From Azolla caroliniana (taxonomy: Eukaryota; Plantae; Polypodiophyta), in contig JBHGNT010000016.1 of NCBI GenBank assembly GCA_043228905.1, positions 17,236,001 through 17,300,000 of the forward strand: a stretch of 64,000 nt of DNA. The letters run 5' to 3'. A program made the translations under genes and the position numbers. The notes under the pieces were generated by a model that saw only the letters and a program-made list of their open reading frames with translations, searched no databases and had not been told where the DNA came from. This document shows positions 61,185 to 64,000 of this stretch, piece by piece (the stretch's first letter is position 1; each line of letters starts with the position of its first letter).

Positions 61185-64000
61185 TCAAGAAATTTTGATT
61201 AAAATGAAAGGAAAGACCTTATGTAGCAAACTAGATTTGGTCGCTTAGAGCTCATCACTGCAAAAGGTCATGTAAATACAAAATGTGGGTTATATAGGAT
61301 GTTGAGAATGGGGAAGGGAGGAGAATGAGGGAAAGTATAATCATAGTGAGCAGGGTATAATAAGAGTGTAAATAGATGGAGGGTTGTAAGGATTTAAGGT
61401 GGAAGATCTTGATGATAGGGGGGGTGGTGATAAAGGGGAAAATGAGCTGGTGATAGGAAGATTGATAGGGTGATAAGACAGATGAGTGAGTGGGATAGGG
61501 TGATAAGGGGAAATGAATGAGTGATACGGTATGTAATTATAAGTACGTAAACATAAGATGGTGAGAAGGTGAAAAGAAAAGAAGGGAATAGGAAGGGAAA
61601 GAAAAAGGTTTGAGGGAAAATTGGGAAGAGAGAGAGTGTATAAAAAGGTAGTGAGAGGTATAGGGGAGAGGGAAGGGAGAAAAAAAGGGAGAGAGAGAGA
61701 GAGAGAAATATGGATTTTAGTGAAATATAAGGGAATGATAGGGGGTTATAGATAGGAGGGACGGGGAAAAGGGAGATGTGTGTGACTAGTAAATAGTAGT
61801 AAGGGGGAAGGGGAGAGGAACAAGGAAGGGGGATAGATTAAATGAAGGGTGAGAAAATATGTTGATGGGGGGTCTAGGATGTTTTTAGTTTTCACTAGAA
61901 AGGAGTGGAGGTTTTTGGATTTTGTCCAACAGATAATGGGTTTGGGGATATGTTGTAGTGGGGGATCAAATTGGATATTAGAGTGTAGGCTAGTGAGCAT
62001 TTCATTGATAATTAGTGTGGGGGTATGGCAAGTATATCTAAGTTTAAAGATACTGGGTGAGGTGGTTTTTTTAGTTTTTTCTTTGAAGAGGAGAGTGTGT
62101 CTAAGGGAGTAAGGGTGTTTTCTAAAGTTCTTTAGAATATAATGCTTGGGATAACCTCGGGCCCTAACTCTCGTAAAGAATGTCTTTGCATATTTAAGTA
62201 ACCTAGGGATGTGCTTTCTCTAACCATATATCTTTTTAATTCATTCAAAACGAAACTATTTTTAACATGGAGAGGGTGATTGGAAGAATAAGGGATGTAT
62301 TGATATGTATTAAGTGTTTTTTGAAAGCAATTAAAAGTGAATCTATTATTATCTAGTTTAAAAAGGGTAGTTTCGTGTAAGAAGTATGTATGGTTAGTTT
62401 GATAGAGTTTTGCGTAGTGTTACTATAGAAGTTTAGGTATTCGAACAGTTGGGGTTTAGTACCAGTCCAGATGCCAAAGGCATCATCAATATACCTAGTG
62501 AAATAGAAAAGGTGGGGTGATGGATTGGAATTTTCTAGATATGAGAGGAAGAGACATACGTAAACAACGGAAAAATTACTGCCCATGGCTGTTCCTTTTA
62601 CCTGTTGATAATTTGGTTGTTGAAATTTAGGAAGTGGTATTCTAAAGTGAGGGTGCTAAGGGTATAAATCAAATTACTTTTTTGGTTCGAAAAGTGGGGG
62701 GAAATAAGATTTTATAGGATTGAGAGTCTTAGTTTTGGTGGGATGCTAGGGTAGAGGAGTTCAACATCAAAAGAAAAAATGAAGCTATTGGGTGGTGTTA
62801 TAAGTTGTTTGAAGGTTTGGACAAGAGAATGGGAGTCCCTAAGATATTGTTTTTGACATAGAAGTATAGGGAGGAGTTGATGGTGAAGCTATTTAGACGT
62901 TTGTTCAAATAATGAACCATTATATGAGCAAATTGGTCTATAGCTAACGAGGGTTTTATGTACTTTTGGTAGGAAGTACATATTAGGCACTGAGGAACCT
63001 TTAGGAGGTTTGTGTAGGATAAATTGTATTTCTACGAGAGACAAGATATTAAGGTTACGGTTGACTATGTCATGTAGTCGACTTAAAAGTTCTTCTAATG
63101 GGAGACTATTAACTTTTTCATATGTAGTGATGTCAGATAAATGTTCTAGGCCTTTATCTAGGTATGTTTTTTTATCAAGGACACAAACTCCGATGTTTTT
63201 TTCCGCTGGTAGGATGATTATTTGTTTGTTTTTTCTAAGGCTGGTTAGTGCTATTTGAAGGTGTAGTGGTATTTTGGTATTAGGTAGTATATTATTATGG
63301 AGGTTTGTGGAGAGAGAGATATTGTGTTTATGGAGTATAGACTCTAATGGTGGATACTTAGTAGGAGGGTTCCAATTCGGGTTGGGTAGTTTGAAGGGAT
63401 TAGAGGGGAGGGAGTTGAAGTCTTTAAAGAAATGTTTAAGCCTCAAGGATCTACTAAGGTTTTGGTATTCTTGAAGAATGGATTGGTTAGTTGGTGGGGG
63501 GCAGGGGGGTATAAACTTAAGTCCTAGGTTTAAAAGTTTGATTTCTAATTTACTAAGGGCATAATTTGAAAGATTATGAATTTTTCTTTTTAAGATGGGA
63601 GTCGTGTTTATGGTCGGAGTAAGTGGTTTCCAAAACTTGTATCTAAACCTTTTAGTGCGTGATTTAGTGTAAGGGGAGAAGGGGTAATGGGAGTTTTTTC
63701 TACCTAGCTACATGTACGTATCACACGTTAAAGGGGACCTATCTAGTATGTCAAAGAGACGTTTACACGGGTGTAAGGCGTGCTTAAACCGTTTACTAAT
63801 TCGTTTAGCACGCCTCGTTACACGTTTTTTGGTTTAGACGTATAAGTTGGAGTTTTAGTTATGGGGTGACAGGGGGGTTTATATGAGTTGTGTGAGTTTG
63901 ATTTATTATATGGGTGGGTGGCAGGGGCGGATAGGTTTAAATTAGGAAAAAGAGGAGGGGTATTAGATGTAAATAGGGAGGGGTTCTTATTCATATTATG
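61047..64000 (-). mobile_element. Penelope-like retroelement (degenerate RT; runs off the window)
   Basis: IHNLSNYALS..LLNLGLKFIP; IILPAEKNIGVCVLD..Y; YFLPKVHK..RPICS; SFDVE; QVKGTAMGS; RYIDD; LPFLN; SNHP; RGYP; KSKNLHSFLV. Left boundary approximate. Confidence 0.9.
61215..61269 (-). ncRNA. Degenerate type-I hammerhead ribozyme-like motif
   Basis: GACCTTTTGCAG-TGATGA-GCTC-TAAGC-GACC-AAA-TCTAG-TTTG-CTACATAAGGTC; outer stem pairs 10 of 12; core lacks the C of CUGAUGA and the G of GAAA. Confidence 0.55.

Overview
Plant-type (probably non-seed land plant; inferred from the element families) heterochromatic TE nest with no intact host gene. The main structure is a very recent ~26-kb tandem duplication. 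Block A (1-16797) recurs at 25967-42763 and block B (16795-24118) recurs at 49356-56679. The first copy has lost 6.6 kb and breaks inside Gypsy pol. Contents: several Ty1/Copia elements (one complete with a CCCAT TSD); a nearly intact 9.8-kb non-chromoviral Ty3/Gypsy element (TCCAT TSD, tRNA-Arg PBS, long coiled-coil 3' extra ORF, no canonical PPT); a gag-only tRNA-Trp-primed LTR element whose LTR carries a tRNA-like Pol III A/B-box module; an L1-type LINE remnant; a pseudogenised S-domain non-RD receptor-like kinase (2 copies); and, at the right edge, a Penelope-like retroelement with no C-terminal GIY-YIG domain and a degenerate hammerhead ribozyme. All comparisons were made by eye, so boundaries of degenerate remnants are approximate and family assignments need database confirmation.
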